A stretch of DNA of 64,000 nucleotides, from the sequence record OP870147.1. One strand, written 5' to 3'. Positions 40,958 to 50,958 of this stretch are shown in pieces (the first letter of the stretch is position 1; each line of letters begins with the position of its first letter). Origin of the DNA: Escherichia phage vB_Eco_F31. The notes under the pieces were generated by a model. That model did not search any database and was not told the origin of the DNA. It saw only the letters and a list, made by a program, of their open reading frames with translations. Both the position numbers and the translations under genes were made by a program.

Positions 40958-41541
40958 TTATAAACGCTCTCAGTAATTTCGGTGAGTTCATCGATTCTGT
41001 AGTAATGAGATTCTACCATAGAACGTTGAAGCATAATATCTTGGATGAAATCTTTATCAAGTTGAACGTCTGAATTAACACGACATTTCTTAATGATTTT
41101 AGTCATCACGATTTCATCGGCATAAGGCAGTGCTTGTTTTAATAAAGCGGGGCCACCAATAACAGATACATCAACATGTTCAGTAGAAAGTTTAAACGGT
41201 ACATCAGTTGCAGGGCTAAACAGGTTAATTTCATCACCTGTTACCAAGGTAATAAATTCAGATTGGGTGATATAGAACCGTGCAAGTTCATCAGTTTTAG
41301 TCCTAGGCAGTTTTCTGGCCATATCAGTGACAACCACATGAGTACGATCTGGGAGTAGACGAGGTAATGATGCAAATGTATTAGCACCCATAACCATTAC
41401 AGTGTTTTTAGTGCGAGCAACAAAGTTACTCATATCTTGTTTGATATGCTTCCATGGAAGTCCATCACCTAATCCAAAAGCATATTCCAGTTTATCATCA
41501 ACTGTTTTAGATGGTGCGCATGCGAATACTAATTTAAGCAT
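40954..41541 (-). CDS. frd: Dihydrofolate reductase; start moved to internal ATG
   Basis: MLKLVFACAP... 195 aa matches T4 Frd N-terminus and length; ORF-track 223-aa version is an upstream extension overlapping the next gene. Confidence 0.88.
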   Translation of the reverse strand: MLKLVFACAPSKTVDDKLEYAFGLGDGLPWKHIKQDMSNFVARTKNTVMVMGANTFASLPRLLPDRTHVVVTDMARKLPRTKTDELARFYITQSEFITLVTGDEINLFSPATDVPFKLSTEHVDVSVIGGPALLKQALPYADEIVMTKIIKKCRVNSDVQLDKDFIQDIMLQRSMVESHYYRIDELTEITESVYK

Positions 41542-41782
41542 TTTTAAGTCCTTTAATAACTTTTTGGATTTGTGATTTAGAAGAAACCAAATCAGTCTGG
41601 ATTTGACAACCATCGGTTGGGTCAAATATTATAACACAAACGCGAGGTTTTGTTGTGTATCGCCCGGACAAATCAAATGCGTCACCAATGAATTCGGCCA
41701 AATCCGGATGGTCTAAATTAACTGAAGTATAAACTTCATATCCGACATCAGCGCCTTGAGAGTATTCAACAACAACATTCAT
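41534..41782 (-). CDS. Hypothetical protein (T4 frd.1 position)
   Basis: 82-aa ORF, 3' end overlaps frd start. Confidence 0.55.
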   Translation of the reverse strand: MNVVVEYSQGADVGYEVYTSVNLDHPDLAEFIGDAFDLSGRYTTKPRVCVIIFDPTDGCQIQTDLVSSKSQIQKVIKGLKNA

Positions 41783-41784
41783 AA

Positions 41785-42048
41785 TTATTTCCTCAGATTT
41801 TTCTTAACAACTTTCCAATCAGCTTTAAACGATTCAACATCAGAGTGGTGAATCCAGAATCCTGCACTTTCACCATCTTCGTAGAGTGGACATCCATCAC
41901 ATTCTTCGTTCCAACCCATTTCACGTAAAGCTTCTTCAGCTTGTTCAAGGAGTTCAGCGTCTTTACCAACGATGTTGAAGTACCATTTACCTCTAACTTC
42001 AGAATCTTTGATGCTCTGGCGTTGCAATCTCATTTTATTCTCCTTCAC
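41785..42048 (-). CDS. Hypothetical protein (T4 frd.2 position)
   Basis: 87-aa ORF with early promoter 42058-42096 upstream. Confidence 0.55.
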   Translation of the reverse strand: MKENKMRLQRQSIKDSEVRGKWYFNIVGKDAELLEQAEEALREMGWNEECDGCPLYEDGESAGFWIHHSDVESFKADWKVVKKNLRK

Positions 42049-42057
42049 TTTTGATTT

Positions 42058-42096
42058 GATAGGGCTACTATAACATAACCCTATCTTGTTATAAAC
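42058..42096 (-). promoter_or_regulatory. Early promoter with 7-bp inverted repeat flanking the -10
   Basis: Plus GATAGGGctactataacataaCCCTATCttgttATAAAC. Confidence 0.5.
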
Positions 42097-42488
42097 TACT
42101 TTTTAAAAGTTTTTTGCAAAAGTTCGATGATTTCGTCGACGTTGGTTTCATCTACGACACAATGTATTTTTGTTACACCTAAAGTTATACCTTCGTTAGT
42201 AGGTTGAGGCTTTACTATATCTACCTCAGTAAAGTATTTGAACTCGTCAGGATAAATCTCAAAATAAGTTTCAATTTCACCACCGGCAGAACATACAGTA
42301 CCATCTTCCATAGTTACACTTACTACGTTTGACGTATCGCTATCATAATCAGGTTCCATTCCGTTTACAACAAAACTAGGCCCATGGAGTTCAATCAATT
42401 TTAACATCTTAGCGTTATTGTGTGGTGCTTCTTGAACAAAGTCATCTTTAAATAAAGGGTTAATGATATAAGATTTTCCGATTTCCAT
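42096..42488 (-). CDS. Hypothetical protein (T4 frd.3 position)
   Basis: 130-aa ORF with early promoter 42518-42546 upstream. Confidence 0.55.
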   Translation of the reverse strand: MEIGKSYIINPLFKDDFVQEAPHNNAKMLKLIELHGPSFVVNGMEPDYDSDTSNVVSVTMEDGTVCSAGGEIETYFEIYPDEFKYFTEVDIVKPQPTNEGITLGVTKIHCVVDETNVDEIIELLQKTFKK

Positions 42489-42517
42489 TTTGATTTCCTC
42501 ATGTTGTTGATAGGTCT

Positions 42518-42546
42518 ATAGTATCATGTTTAAAGGAAAAGTAAAC
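42518..42546 (-). promoter_or_regulatory. Early promoter (GTTTAC-N17-TACTAT) downstream of the gene 32 terminator
   Basis: Minus strand GTTTACttttcctttaaacatgaTACTAT. Confidence 0.5.
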
Positions 42547-42577
42547 AACTTTTTCGGCAATTTACAGATACTCAAAA

Positions 42578-42595
42578 GGGAGACCGAAGTCTCCC
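42578..42595 (-). terminator. Terminator after gene 32
   Basis: Minus strand GGGAGACuucgGUCUCCCuuuuga, identical hairpin to 3984, 27357 and 50902. Confidence 0.7.
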
Positions 42596-42601
42596 AATTT
42601 A

Positions 42602-43504
42602 TTATAGACCAGCTAACAGGTCATCGAGGTCGCCATCATCAGAGGATGAGGTAGAGCTCATGAAGTCATCTTCAGTTTTTGCAGAACTAAAGGCTTCCAT
42701 GTCTTTATCAAAATCGTCAAGGTCAGAAGCAACTTTATCTGCAACAGAAGCTGCTGCGGCTGCTGCACCACCAAGAGCGGCAGTACCAAGAACCTTAGCG
42801 AAAGATTCATTTAATTTTTCAAAGGATTTGAACTGGTCTTTAGCCGTCAAAGTAGTAAGGTCTACCATCTGGTCATATAGTTCTTTCTGGAACGCTTCGT
42901 CATTAATACGAGGAATTTCAGATTGACCCAAGAATTTAGATTCGTCATAGTTGCTAAAACCAGAAACCTGCTTAGCTTTCAGAACGAAGTTGGCACCTTC
43001 AAACGGACAAGTAACATCAACTGGAGTTTCACCCATTTCGGTATCAACAGCAATCATTGCATTGATTTTGTCCCAAATCTTTTTACCGAAACGATATTTA
43101 AATACTTTACCTTCGTTATCTGGAGCTTGAGGGTCTTTAACAACCAGAATATTAGCCCAATAAGAAGTTTTACGTTTCAGTTGAGAATATTCATTTTTGT
43201 TGGTATTGTACAGGTCATTTTTACTAATGTACTGACATACAGGACAAGAGTCGTAATCGCCGTGTGTAGAAGAGCAATTTTCAATATACCATTTACCATT
43301 TTTCTTGAAACCGTGGTTAACAAGAATTGCAAATGGTAGTGCATCATCAGTTTTTGCTGGCAAGAAACGAATTACCGCTTGACCATTACCTGATGCATCT
43401 AGCTTCAGCTTCCATTCGCCTTTATCTTCTGAAGAGAAACCTTTGTTACCGTTCAGTTTAGCCATTTGAGCAGCGAGGTCAGCAGTAGATTTACGTTTAA
43501 ACAT
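42602..43504 (-). CDS. 32: Single-stranded DNA-binding protein gp32
   Basis: 300-aa [39 protein letters not shown]...zinc site [15 protein letters not shown]...acidic C-terminus; near-identical to T4 gp32. Confidence 0.97.
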   Translation of the reverse strand: MFKRKSTADLAAQMAKLNGNKGFSSEDKGEWKLKLDASGNGQAVIRFLPAKTDDALPFAILVNHGFKKNGKWYIENCSSTHGDYDSCPVCQYISKNDLYNTNKNEYSQLKRKTSYWANILVVKDPQAPDNEGKVFKYRFGKKIWDKINAMIAVDTEMGETPVDVTCPFEGANFVLKAKQVSGFSNYDESKFLGQSEIPRINDEAFQKELYDQMVDLTTLTAKDQFKSFEKLNESFAKVLGTAALGGAAAAAASVADKVASDLDDFDKDMEAFSSAKTEDDFMSSTSSSDDGDLDDLLAGL

Positions 43505-43549
43505 TATATTTACCTTTATTTAGATTATTTAATTTATTTACAGTTGGTT

Positions 43550-43573
43550 GCTACGACACTTATACCTCGTAGC
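43550..43573 (-). promoter_or_regulatory. Hairpin in the gene 32 mRNA leader, candidate translational autoregulation operator (pseudoknot plus AU-rich tract)
   Basis: Minus strand GCUACGAgguauaagugUCGUAGC followed by ~45 nt AU-rich unstructured sequence up to the AUG. Confidence 0.4.
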
Positions 43574-43620
43574 TGGTATGATTTATTTATAAAGTAATTT
43601 TAACACACAAGAAATAAAGC

Positions 43621-44274
43621 TTAATACTTACATGATTTGATTGTTTCTATGAACAATTTCTTAGCAGCATTTCCATCGATTTGAAGTATTTTTCGATATG
43701 CCTTTAATTTGGTAGAATAATTTTGCCAGACTAAATTGTCGGTAAGTTCGTCATGCTTATCTATAATATTCAAGAATGAATCTAACAACAAGAAGGTTTC
43801 AAATGAAATTATATTGCTTTGTAGCAATTTAAATATGTAGCTCGACTGAACTTTATTATTATAATCAAATATCTCTTGAAGCGCACTAACTTCCACTTTC
43901 TTACTGAAATAGTAGATGTTACGTACGTCTTCAGCAAACGTCTCCTTGGCTTGTTTGAGACGTCCAATATATTCCCTATAGAAAACTAATGCATCAGCGT
44001 CTGATATCTCACCGATCCATGCGTCTTGGTTAGCAACTAAGTTGCTTATGAATATCAAGGTGAGTTCCTTCAATTTATATTTCTCTGCTAGTTTTTCAAA
44101 GAAATATTTATCTCGGCGTTTTTGATACGCATTATCCGAAACACGCATGCACCAGTTATATTTGATTACGTCATACCGACCATTAAAATGTTGTTTGCAC
44201 ATCAAGTATAGTTTGTATACCGATTTTCCGTTAATATAACGTTCTCCATCAGGAGGCATGCGTATTTTAATCAT
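43621..44274 (-). CDS. 59: Helicase loader gp59
   Basis: 217-aa ORF MIKIRMPPDGERYINGKSVYKLYLM...KYNWCMRVSD... matching T4 gp59. Confidence 0.95.
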   Translation of the reverse strand: MIKIRMPPDGERYINGKSVYKLYLMCKQHFNGRYDVIKYNWCMRVSDNAYQKRRDKYFFEKLAEKYKLKELTLIFISNLVANQDAWIGEISDADALVFYREYIGRLKQAKETFAEDVRNIYYFSKKVEVSALQEIFDYNNKVQSSYIFKLLQSNIISFETFLLLDSFLNIIDKHDELTDNLVWQNYSTKLKAYRKILQIDGNAAKKLFIETIKSCKY

Positions 44275-44609
44275 AATAAGAAATCTAACGTATTAGTTTT
44301 TTCACCACGAGCAACTGATGGGCGAAGCATGTTTTCGTCAATTGCTTCGCTTGTAATTTTTTCAATAATTCCTGTAGGAATAAATTTAGCAAATTGTGTT
44401 TCTGGAATAGAATTTTCTTCCAAGAAAGCAGTTGTTGCTTCTAAATAAGACATACCAAATTGTTCAACCATGGATTCGATAATGAATCCGTTTTCTTGTC
44501 GGTCAAGCAATTTAGCGATATCATCTTTATCGTGTTTTACTGCTAATTCTTGTTCAGATAAACCGGCCTCATCAACCGGTTTAATATCACTTAGTGAAAA
44601 CTGTGTCAT
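44271..44609 (-). CDS. 33: Late transcription co-activator gp33
   Basis: 112-aa ORF (T4 gp33 112 aa) between dsbA and 59. Confidence 0.85.
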   Translation of the reverse strand: MTQFSLSDIKPVDEAGLSEQELAVKHDKDDIAKLLDRQENGFIIESMVEQFGMSYLEATTAFLEENSIPETQFAKFIPTGIIEKITSEAIDENMLRPSVARGEKTNTLDFLL

Positions 44610-44874
44610 AAAGCTCGACTACCTCTTCGTTTTCAGCTTCAAATTGGTCACGAGCGTCTTTATGATAAAGAGCTAACAAACGATTAAACATTTTTCCATC
44701 GACACCAAGCTCTTCTTTAGCACGAGTACGAATGTCTTTAATCAGTTCATTATAACCAGAAATTTTAAGTTTGTTATCGGAAGCTTCCTTGACTAGTTTA
44801 GCCAGTTCTTCACCATGCACATCTTGATTAAATTCAACTGCTTCTTTCTTAGCCATGTTTACCTCAGAATTCAT
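44587..44874 (-). CDS. dsbA: Double-stranded DNA-binding protein DsbA
   Basis: 95-aa ORF between rnh and 33; call by synteny. Confidence 0.7.
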   Translation of the reverse strand: MNSEVNMAKKEAVEFNQDVHGEELAKLVKEASDNKLKISGYNELIKDIRTRAKEELGVDGKMFNRLLALYHKDARDQFEAENEEVVELYDTVFTK

Positions 44875-45781
44875 TAATTACACTTGTTAATTTAGAAAGA
44901 CCAGATTTTACAAAGTATGAATAAATCTTGCCTTTAGGTTGTGGTTTATATGAGTTATAATACTCTATAATGGTTGAAGCAATATTATCAGGGATATAAT
45001 CAAAATCAATGAGAACCAAATTTTCTTGATACCGTTTATATTCTTCTGCACTTAATAATACTTCAGCTTGAGAACGATCGTTGGCAATTGCTTCAATAAT
45101 CGTTGTTTTCATGCTCGGAGTTCGTTCACCATCAACTCTGGTAAACCAGAAGTCACCACGAACTCGAACCGATGCAACGCCGTCTTTACGGTCACCTTTA
45201 AGAATTTTAGTCATGCAATCAATTTCAGCAGAACCGTTCTTAATTTTAACCCATTTTTTCTGTGGTGGCGACCACTGTTTAACGTTAGGATATTTGTGTA
45301 ATTGTGTAAAGTCACCATCTGATGCAACAATACATACTTTATGTCCGGCTAATGACAAATATTTAGTTAATACACCGATATGGTCATCCGCTTCATACTT
45401 GTCAATATCCATTACAACGTATGGCATGTATTTCTTAATCTCATCAACAACTTGATGGAGTGCAGTAAAATATCCTTCCCAATCCCACTTTGAAGCTTCA
45501 CGATCGGTTTTACGATTTTTCTTGTAATAGTAAGCAAAGTCACGACGCCAATAACCCGAAGTAGCATTATCCATACACAATACAAATTTTGTATAGCCTT
45601 GCTTACGGAACATCACTACGTTTTTACGAATTGAATTCAAGATTACATGGCGAACCATCGGAACGGTAATTTTATCGCCGTCTTCAAAGTTGTTTAATGC
45701 GGCTGCCAATGCAATGTTACTAAAGTCAGCAAGTGCAATACCTTCTTTGTAATCTTCATCCAACATCATTTCTAAATCCAT
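44864..45781 (-). CDS. rnh: RNase H (5'-3' exonuclease / flap endonuclease)
   Basis: 305-aa ORF (T4 Rnh 305 aa) with FEN-family acidic clusters; early promoter 45814-45843 upstream. Confidence 0.9.
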   Translation of the reverse strand: MDLEMMLDEDYKEGIALADFSNIALAAALNNFEDGDKITVPMVRHVILNSIRKNVVMFRKQGYTKFVLCMDNATSGYWRRDFAYYYKKNRKTDREASKWDWEGYFTALHQVVDEIKKYMPYVVMDIDKYEADDHIGVLTKYLSLAGHKVCIVASDGDFTQLHKYPNVKQWSPPQKKWVKIKNGSAEIDCMTKILKGDRKDGVASVRVRGDFWFTRVDGERTPSMKTTIIEAIANDRSQAEVLLSAEEYKRYQENLVLIDFDYIPDNIASTIIEYYNSYKPQPKGKIYSYFVKSGLSKLTSVINEF

Positions 45782-45813
45782 ATGAACCTCTTGTTCAGTT
45801 AGTCAACTTGTCT

Positions 45814-45843
45814 ATAGTAACACACTCATTTGAAAGCGTAAAC
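45814..45843 (-). promoter_or_regulatory. Early promoter for rnh, back-to-back with late promoter P34
   Basis: Minus strand GTTTACgctttcaaatgagtgtgtTACTAT. Confidence 0.5.
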
Positions 45844-45846
45844 TGG

Positions 45847-45854
45847 TATAAATA
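45847..45854 (+). promoter_or_regulatory. Late promoter TATAAATA (gene 34)
   Basis: Exact TATAAATA 31 nt upstream of the gene 34 ATG. Confidence 0.6.
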
Positions 45855-45884
45855 AGTATTATTGAAACAATAAAGGAAAAACGA

Positions 45885-48800
45885 ATGGCCGACATCAAAC
45901 GTAAGTTCAGAGCCGAAGACGGTCTGGACGCCGGTGGCGACAAGATTGTTAACGTAGCATTAGCCGACCGTACAGTAGGTACTGATGGCGTAAACGTTGA
46001 CTTCCTGGTACAAGAAAACACCGTTCAAGTATATGATTCTACGCGTGGATATAACAAAGGATTTGTTGTTCTTTATGACAACCGTTTATATCAAGCAATA
46101 AATGATATCGTGTCTCCTTCCGGGGCATTTAACCTTTTACAATGGCGTGCAGTTCGTACTGATGCACAATGGATAACTGTCGCTTCTGGGACTTATCAAC
46201 TTTCTTCAGGTGAATCTATTTCGGTTAACACTGGTGCCGGCAATGATATGGTTTTCACGTTGCCAAATACGCCGGTTGATGGTGATACTGTTGTTTTGGC
46301 TGATATTGGTGGAAGAACCGGGACAGTTAAAGTACAGATTAACGCGTCTGTGCAGAGTATTTTAAACTTTAGAGGTGAACAAGTTCGTACAGTTTTAATG
46401 ACGCGCCCACGTTCACAACTATTGTTTGTGTTTAGTAATCGTTTGTGGCAGATGTATATTACCGATTATGGTAAAGAATCAATCACTGTTACACCTGCGT
46501 CACCATATCAAGCACAAGCAAATGATTTTATCGTTCGTCGTTTTACTAGTGCAGCACCAATCAACATTACACTTCCACGTAATGCTAACAACGGTGATAT
46601 AATCCACCTAGTTGATTTAGATAAATTAAACCCACTGTATCATACAATTGTTAAAACATTTGATGATACAACGTCTATTGGTGAAGTCGGGACTCATATT
46701 GCCGAAGGCAGAAATGACTCTGACGCGTTTTTTGTTTTTGATGCTGCAAGTAGTTTATGGCGTATATGGGAAGGCGACCAGAAATCGCGTCTTCGTATTA
46801 TCCGTGCGGATTCAAATATTCGTCCAAATGAAGAAGTTCTTATTTTTGGCACAAATAACGCTACAGCCGGAACTATTAATCTTACGCTGCCCACCGGAAT
46901 TTTGAGTGGTGACACTGTTAAAATTTCAATGAACTACATGCGTAAAGGCCAAACAGTAAAAATTAAAGCTGCCGAAGGTGATACAATTGCTTCTTCTGTT
47001 GCATTGCTTCAGTTCCCTAAACGTTCTGAATATCCACCTGATGCTCAATGGGTCTCTGTTACTGAACTAGAATTCAATGGCACTACTTCATATGTTCCTG
47101 TATTAGAATTAGCGTATATCGAAGACACTGATTCTGACACTCACTATTGGGTTGTGCAACAGAATGTCCCTACAGTAGAACGTGTTGATGCCGGAACTGA
47201 TGCTACACGAGCTCGTTTAGGTGTTATTGCTCTTGCTACTCAAGCGCAAGCAAATGCTGATTTAGAGAATACTCCAGCTAAAGAAGTGGCTATTACTCCT
47301 GAAACGTTGGCAAATCGTACAGCAACTGAAGCTCGACGTGGTATCGCTAAAATTGCTACAACAGCACAAGTTAACCAGAATTCCACTGCAGCATTTGTGG
47401 ATGATACTATTGTTACGCCTAAAAAATTAAATGAGCGTACAGCAACTGAAACTCGTCGTGGTCTTGCTGAAATTGCTACTCAGGCTGAAACTGATGCCGG
47501 TCTTGATGACACAACGATTATTACACCTAAGAAATTGCAGGCACGTCAGGGTTCTGAAACACTATCTGGTATAGTTAAATATGTATCAACTACTTCTGCT
47601 ACACCTGCCGCGACTCGTGGAGCTGCAGGTACTAACGTTTATAATAAAACCGTAAATAATTTAACTATTTCTCCTAAAGCCCTTGACCAATATAAAGCAA
47701 CTTATTCTCAACAAGGTGCAGTAATTTTAGCTGTTGATAGTGAAGTAATTGCCGGCCAATCTCAAGCAGGTTATTCTCACGCTGTAGTAACTCCTGAAAC
47801 ACTACATAAGAAAACTTCCACAGATGGACGTATCGGTTTAATTGAAATTGCTACACAAGCAGAAACTAATGCTGGGACTGATTATACACGTGCAGTAACG
47901 CCTAAGACGTTAAATGATAGGAAAGCTACGGAAGGATTATCCGGCATAGCCGAACTTGCTACGCAAGTTGAATTTGATACTGGAACTGATGATACTCGTA
48001 TCTCAACTCCACTGAAAATTAAAACTCATTTTGATTCTTCTGACCGTACCAGTGTTAATTCTGATTCCGGACTTATTGAAGAAGGAACCTTGTGGAACCA
48101 TTATACTCTTGATATTTCTAAAGCAAATGAAACACAACGTGGTACACTTCGAGTAGCGACTCAGACAGAATCTAATGCAGGAACTTTAGATGATGTTCTT
48201 ATTACTCCTAAAAAGCTTTTAGGGACTAAGTCAACTGAAACGTCTGAAGGCGTAATTAAGGTTGCTACTCGGGCCGAAACTGTAACAGGAACTTCTGCTA
48301 ATACTGCTGTATCGCCTAAGAATTTAAAATGGATTGTCCAGAATGAACCAACATGGGCTGCTACTACGGCAATTCGTGGATTCGTTAAAACTTCATCTGG
48401 TTCAATTACATTCGTTGGTGACGATACTCAAGGTAGTACCCAGGATCTGAATCTTTACGAGAAAAATAGTTATGCTATTTCTCCATATGAATTAAACCGT
48501 GTACTTGCTAACTATTTGCCATTAAAAGCAAAAGCTGCTGACGCAAATTTATTAGATGGCATAGATTCATCTCAGTTCATTCGTAGGGATATTGCACAGA
48601 CGGTTAATGGTTCACTAACCTTAACGAAACAAACTAATCTGAGTGCCCCTCTTGTATCATCTAGTACTGCTACATTTGGTGGTTCAGTTTCGGCAAATAG
48701 TACATTAACTATTTCTAATACTGGAACGGCAACTCGTCTGATTTTTGAGAAAGGACCTCAAACTGGAACTAACCCAGCGCAGACGATGTCTATCAGAGTT

Positions 48801-49760
48801 TGGGGAAATGAATTTGGTGGTGGTTCAGATACAACACGTTCTACTGTATTTGAAGTTGGTGATGAAACGTCTAATCATTTTTATTCTCAACGTAATAAAG
48901 ATGGGAATATAGCGTTTAGCATTAATGGTACTGTGATGCCAATAAACATTAATGCTTCCGGTTTGATGAATGTTAATGGCGTTGCAACATTTGGTCGTTC
49001 AGTTACTGCTAATGGCGAATTCATTAGTAAGTCTGCAAATGCTTTCAGAGCAATTAGTGGTGATTACGGATTCTTTATTCGTAATGACGCTGCTAATACC
49101 TATTTTATGCTCACTGCATCAGGCGATCAGACCGGCGGATTTAACGGATTACGTCCTTTAGCTATTAATAATGCATCCGGCCAAGTAACGATTGGTGAAG
49201 GCTTAATCATTGCCAAAGGTGCTACTATAAATTCAGGTGGTTTGACTGTTAACTCGAGAATTCGTTCTCAGGGTAATAAAACATCTGATTTATATACCCT
49301 TGCGCCAACATCTGATACTGTAGGATTCTGGTCAATTGATATTAACGATTCAGCCACTTATAACCAGTTCCCAGGTTATTTTAAAATGGTTGAAAAAACT
49401 AATGAAGTGACTGGGCTTCCATACTTAGAACGTGGCGAAGAAGTTAAATCTCCTGGTACATTGACTCAGTTTGGTAATACACTTGATTCACTTTACCAAG
49501 ATTGGATTACTTATCCAACAACTCCAGAAGCACGTACAACCCGTTGGACACGTACATGGCAGAAAACTAAAAATTCTTGGTCAAGTTTTGTTCAGGTATT
49601 TGATGGTGGAAACCCTCCTCAACCTTCTGATATTGGTGCTTTACCTTCTGATAATGCAACAATCGGAAACTTGACAATAAGGGATTTCTTAAGGATTGGT
49701 AATGTCCGCATTATTCCAGACCCTGTGAATAAATCTGTTAAATTCGAGTGGATTGAATAA
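45885..49760 (+). CDS. 34: Long tail fibre proximal subunit gp34
   Basis: 1291-aa ORF (T4 gp34 ~1289 aa), repetitive beta-rich sequence, TATAAATA at 45847-45854. Confidence 0.93.
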   Translation: MADIKRKFRAEDGLDAGGDKIVNVALADRTVGTDGVNVDFLVQENTVQVYDSTRGYNKGFVVLYDNRLYQAINDIVSPSGAFNLLQWRAVRTDAQWITVASGTYQLSSGESISVNTGAGNDMVFTLPNTPVDGDTVVLADIGGRTGTVKVQINASVQSILNFRGEQVRTVLMTRPRSQLLFVFSNRLWQMYITDYGKESITVTPASPYQAQANDFIVRRFTSAAPINITLPRNANNGDIIHLVDLDKLNPLYHTIVKTFDDTTSIGEVGTHIAEGRNDSDAFFVFDAASSLWRIWEGDQKSRLRIIRADSNIRPNEEVLIFGTNNATAGTINLTLPTGILSGDTVKISMNYMRKGQTVKIKAAEGDTIASSVALLQFPKRSEYPPDAQWVSVTELEFNGTTSYVPVLELAYIEDTDSDTHYWVVQQNVPTVERVDAGTDATRARLGVIALATQAQANADLENTPAKEVAITPETLANRTATEARRGIAKIATTAQVNQNSTAAFVDDTIVTPKKLNERTATETRRGLAEIATQAETDAGLDDTTIITPKKLQARQGSETLSGIVKYVSTTSATPAATRGAAGTNVYNKTVNNLTISPKALDQYKATYSQQGAVILAVDSEVIAGQSQAGYSHAVVTPETLHKKTSTDGRIGLIEIATQAETNAGTDYTRAVTPKTLNDRKATEGLSGIAELATQVEFDTGTDDTRISTPLKIKTHFDSSDRTSVNSDSGLIEEGTLWNHYTLDISKANETQRGTLRVATQTESNAGTLDDVLITPKKLLGTKSTETSEGVIKVATRAETVTGTSANTAVSPKNLKWIVQNEPTWAATTAIRGFVKTSSGSITFVGDDTQGSTQDLNLYEKNSYAISPYELNRVLANYLPLKAKAADANLLDGIDSSQFIRRDIAQTVNGSLTLTKQTNLSAPLVSSSTATFGGSVSANSTLTISNTGTATRLIFEKGPQTGTNPAQTMSIRVWGNEFGGGSDTTRSTVFEVGDETSNHFYSQRNKDGNIAFSINGTVMPININASGLMNVNGVATFGRSVTANGEFISKSANAFRAISGDYGFFIRNDAANTYFMLTASGDQTGGFNGLRPLAINNASGQVTIGEGLIIAKGATINSGGLTVNSRIRSQGNKTSDLYTLAPTSDTVGFWSIDINDSATYNQFPGYFKMVEKTNEVTGLPYLERGEEVKSPGTLTQFGNTLDSLYQDWITYPTTPEARTTRWTRTWQKTKNSWSSFVQVFDGGNPPQPSDIGALPSDNATIGNLTIRDFLRIGNVRIIPDPVNKSVKFEWIE

Positions 49761-49768
49761 GAGGTATT

Positions 49769-50896
49769 ATGGAAAAATTTATGGCTAAGTTTAGACAAGG
49801 ATACGTCCAAACGCCATTTTTATCGGAAAGCAATTCAGTACGATTTAAATTAAGCATAGCGGGCTCTTGTCCGCTATCAACATCTCCTACTTATATTAAG
49901 TTCCAAGATAATCCACTTGGTTCCCAGGTTTTTTCTGTTGGATTAAACGTTCGTGTAATAAATCCTACAACAGGTGCAGTAGTTGAATCTAAGTCATATA
50001 ATTTCTCTACTGAAAACGACGCCACGTCAAGTGCATTTGTTACTTTCATGGACACATATGCTTCAAATTTTATATTTGCTCTTGTTACTAACGCTAAAAC
50101 AAACTTTCCACCTGAAGTTCTTGCATGGTTTACTAAAGCTGGGAGTTCTGCTATTCCATTAGCTCAACAAGTTTTAAATATAGTGGACATTTCTTATTCG
50201 GCATTTTATATTTCTGGTAAGAATGCTATAGCACTAGAACATATTAAGTATAGTAATAAGAAAACTTCAACCGACTATAGTACACCACTTGATGTTGTGT
50301 ACGACACGATCGATGATATTGGCGCTACTGGCTTCCCTAGACGTACGTATGAATCGTCAGACACATTTTTATCTGCTGTTGGAGGTACTAATAATGAAAT
50401 TAAAAGGATGCCTACAACATCCATTATTACACCTCTCGCTGGGTATAAATTGAAGCCTGGAGATTTCCTTTATATGAAATTCCAACTAATGGCTGATGTC
50501 GATTTGTTAGCACAAGGGACGACACGACTTTCTATTCGTTTCTTTAAATCTCCTTCTACTTCACCTATTTCATTTAAGGATATAAACTTTGATGGGGGCG
50601 CAGGTGAATGGAAGATATATGAAGACTACATAGAAATTCCTGCTGGTGCTGACGGGTTCACGATTTATTGTTATCGTACAGCTCCAGTCGGGCAAGGTGG
50701 ATTAAGAAACGTTATATTCACTGAAGTATCATGTAATGGAAGCGTTTCAAAACCTGCCGAGTTTGGTATAAATGGTATTCGTGTAAATTATGTTTCAGAA
50801 TCTTTAAGTGCCCCAGACATAATGACATTACCTACTCAATCTTCAACCGATACTGGTAAGGTATTTGGTCAAGAATTTAAAGAAGCGTCAGAATAA
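49769..50896 (+). CDS. 35: Long tail fibre hinge connector gp35
   Basis: 375-aa ORF, T4 synteny, followed by UUCG hairpin terminator. Confidence 0.85.
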   Translation: MEKFMAKFRQGYVQTPFLSESNSVRFKLSIAGSCPLSTSPTYIKFQDNPLGSQVFSVGLNVRVINPTTGAVVESKSYNFSTENDATSSAFVTFMDTYASNFIFALVTNAKTNFPPEVLAWFTKAGSSAIPLAQQVLNIVDISYSAFYISGKNAIALEHIKYSNKKTSTDYSTPLDVVYDTIDDIGATGFPRRTYESSDTFLSAVGGTNNEIKRMPTTSIITPLAGYKLKPGDFLYMKFQLMADVDLLAQGTTRLSIRFFKSPSTSPISFKDINFDGGAGEWKIYEDYIEIPAGADGFTIYCYRTAPVGQGGLRNVIFTEVSCNGSVSKPAEFGINGIRVNYVSESLSAPDIMTLPTQSSTDTGKVFGQEFKEASE

Positions 50897-50901
50897 ATTT
50901 A

Positions 50902-50925
50902 GGGAGACTTCGGTCTCCCATTTTT
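50902..50925 (+). terminator. Terminator after gene 35
   Basis: GGGAGACttcgGTCTCCCatttttg. Confidence 0.75.
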
Positions 50926-50926
50926 G

Positions 50927-50934
50927 TATAAATA
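50927..50934 (+). promoter_or_regulatory. Late promoter TATAAATA (gene 36)
   Basis: Exact TATAAATA 25 nt upstream of the gene 36 ATG, right after the gene 35 terminator. Confidence 0.6.
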
Positions 50935-50958
50935 TGGTATACATATAAGGAGACAACT

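Noticed and set aside
40954-41625. N-terminally extended ORF-track versions of frd (223 aa), denB (62229..62849), the alt-adjacent gene (19607..19972) and 25791..26435
   Set aside because: The extensions overlap upstream genes, promoters or hairpins; internal ATGs with RBS give lengths matching the T4 proteins (Frd 195 aa, DenB 185 aa).
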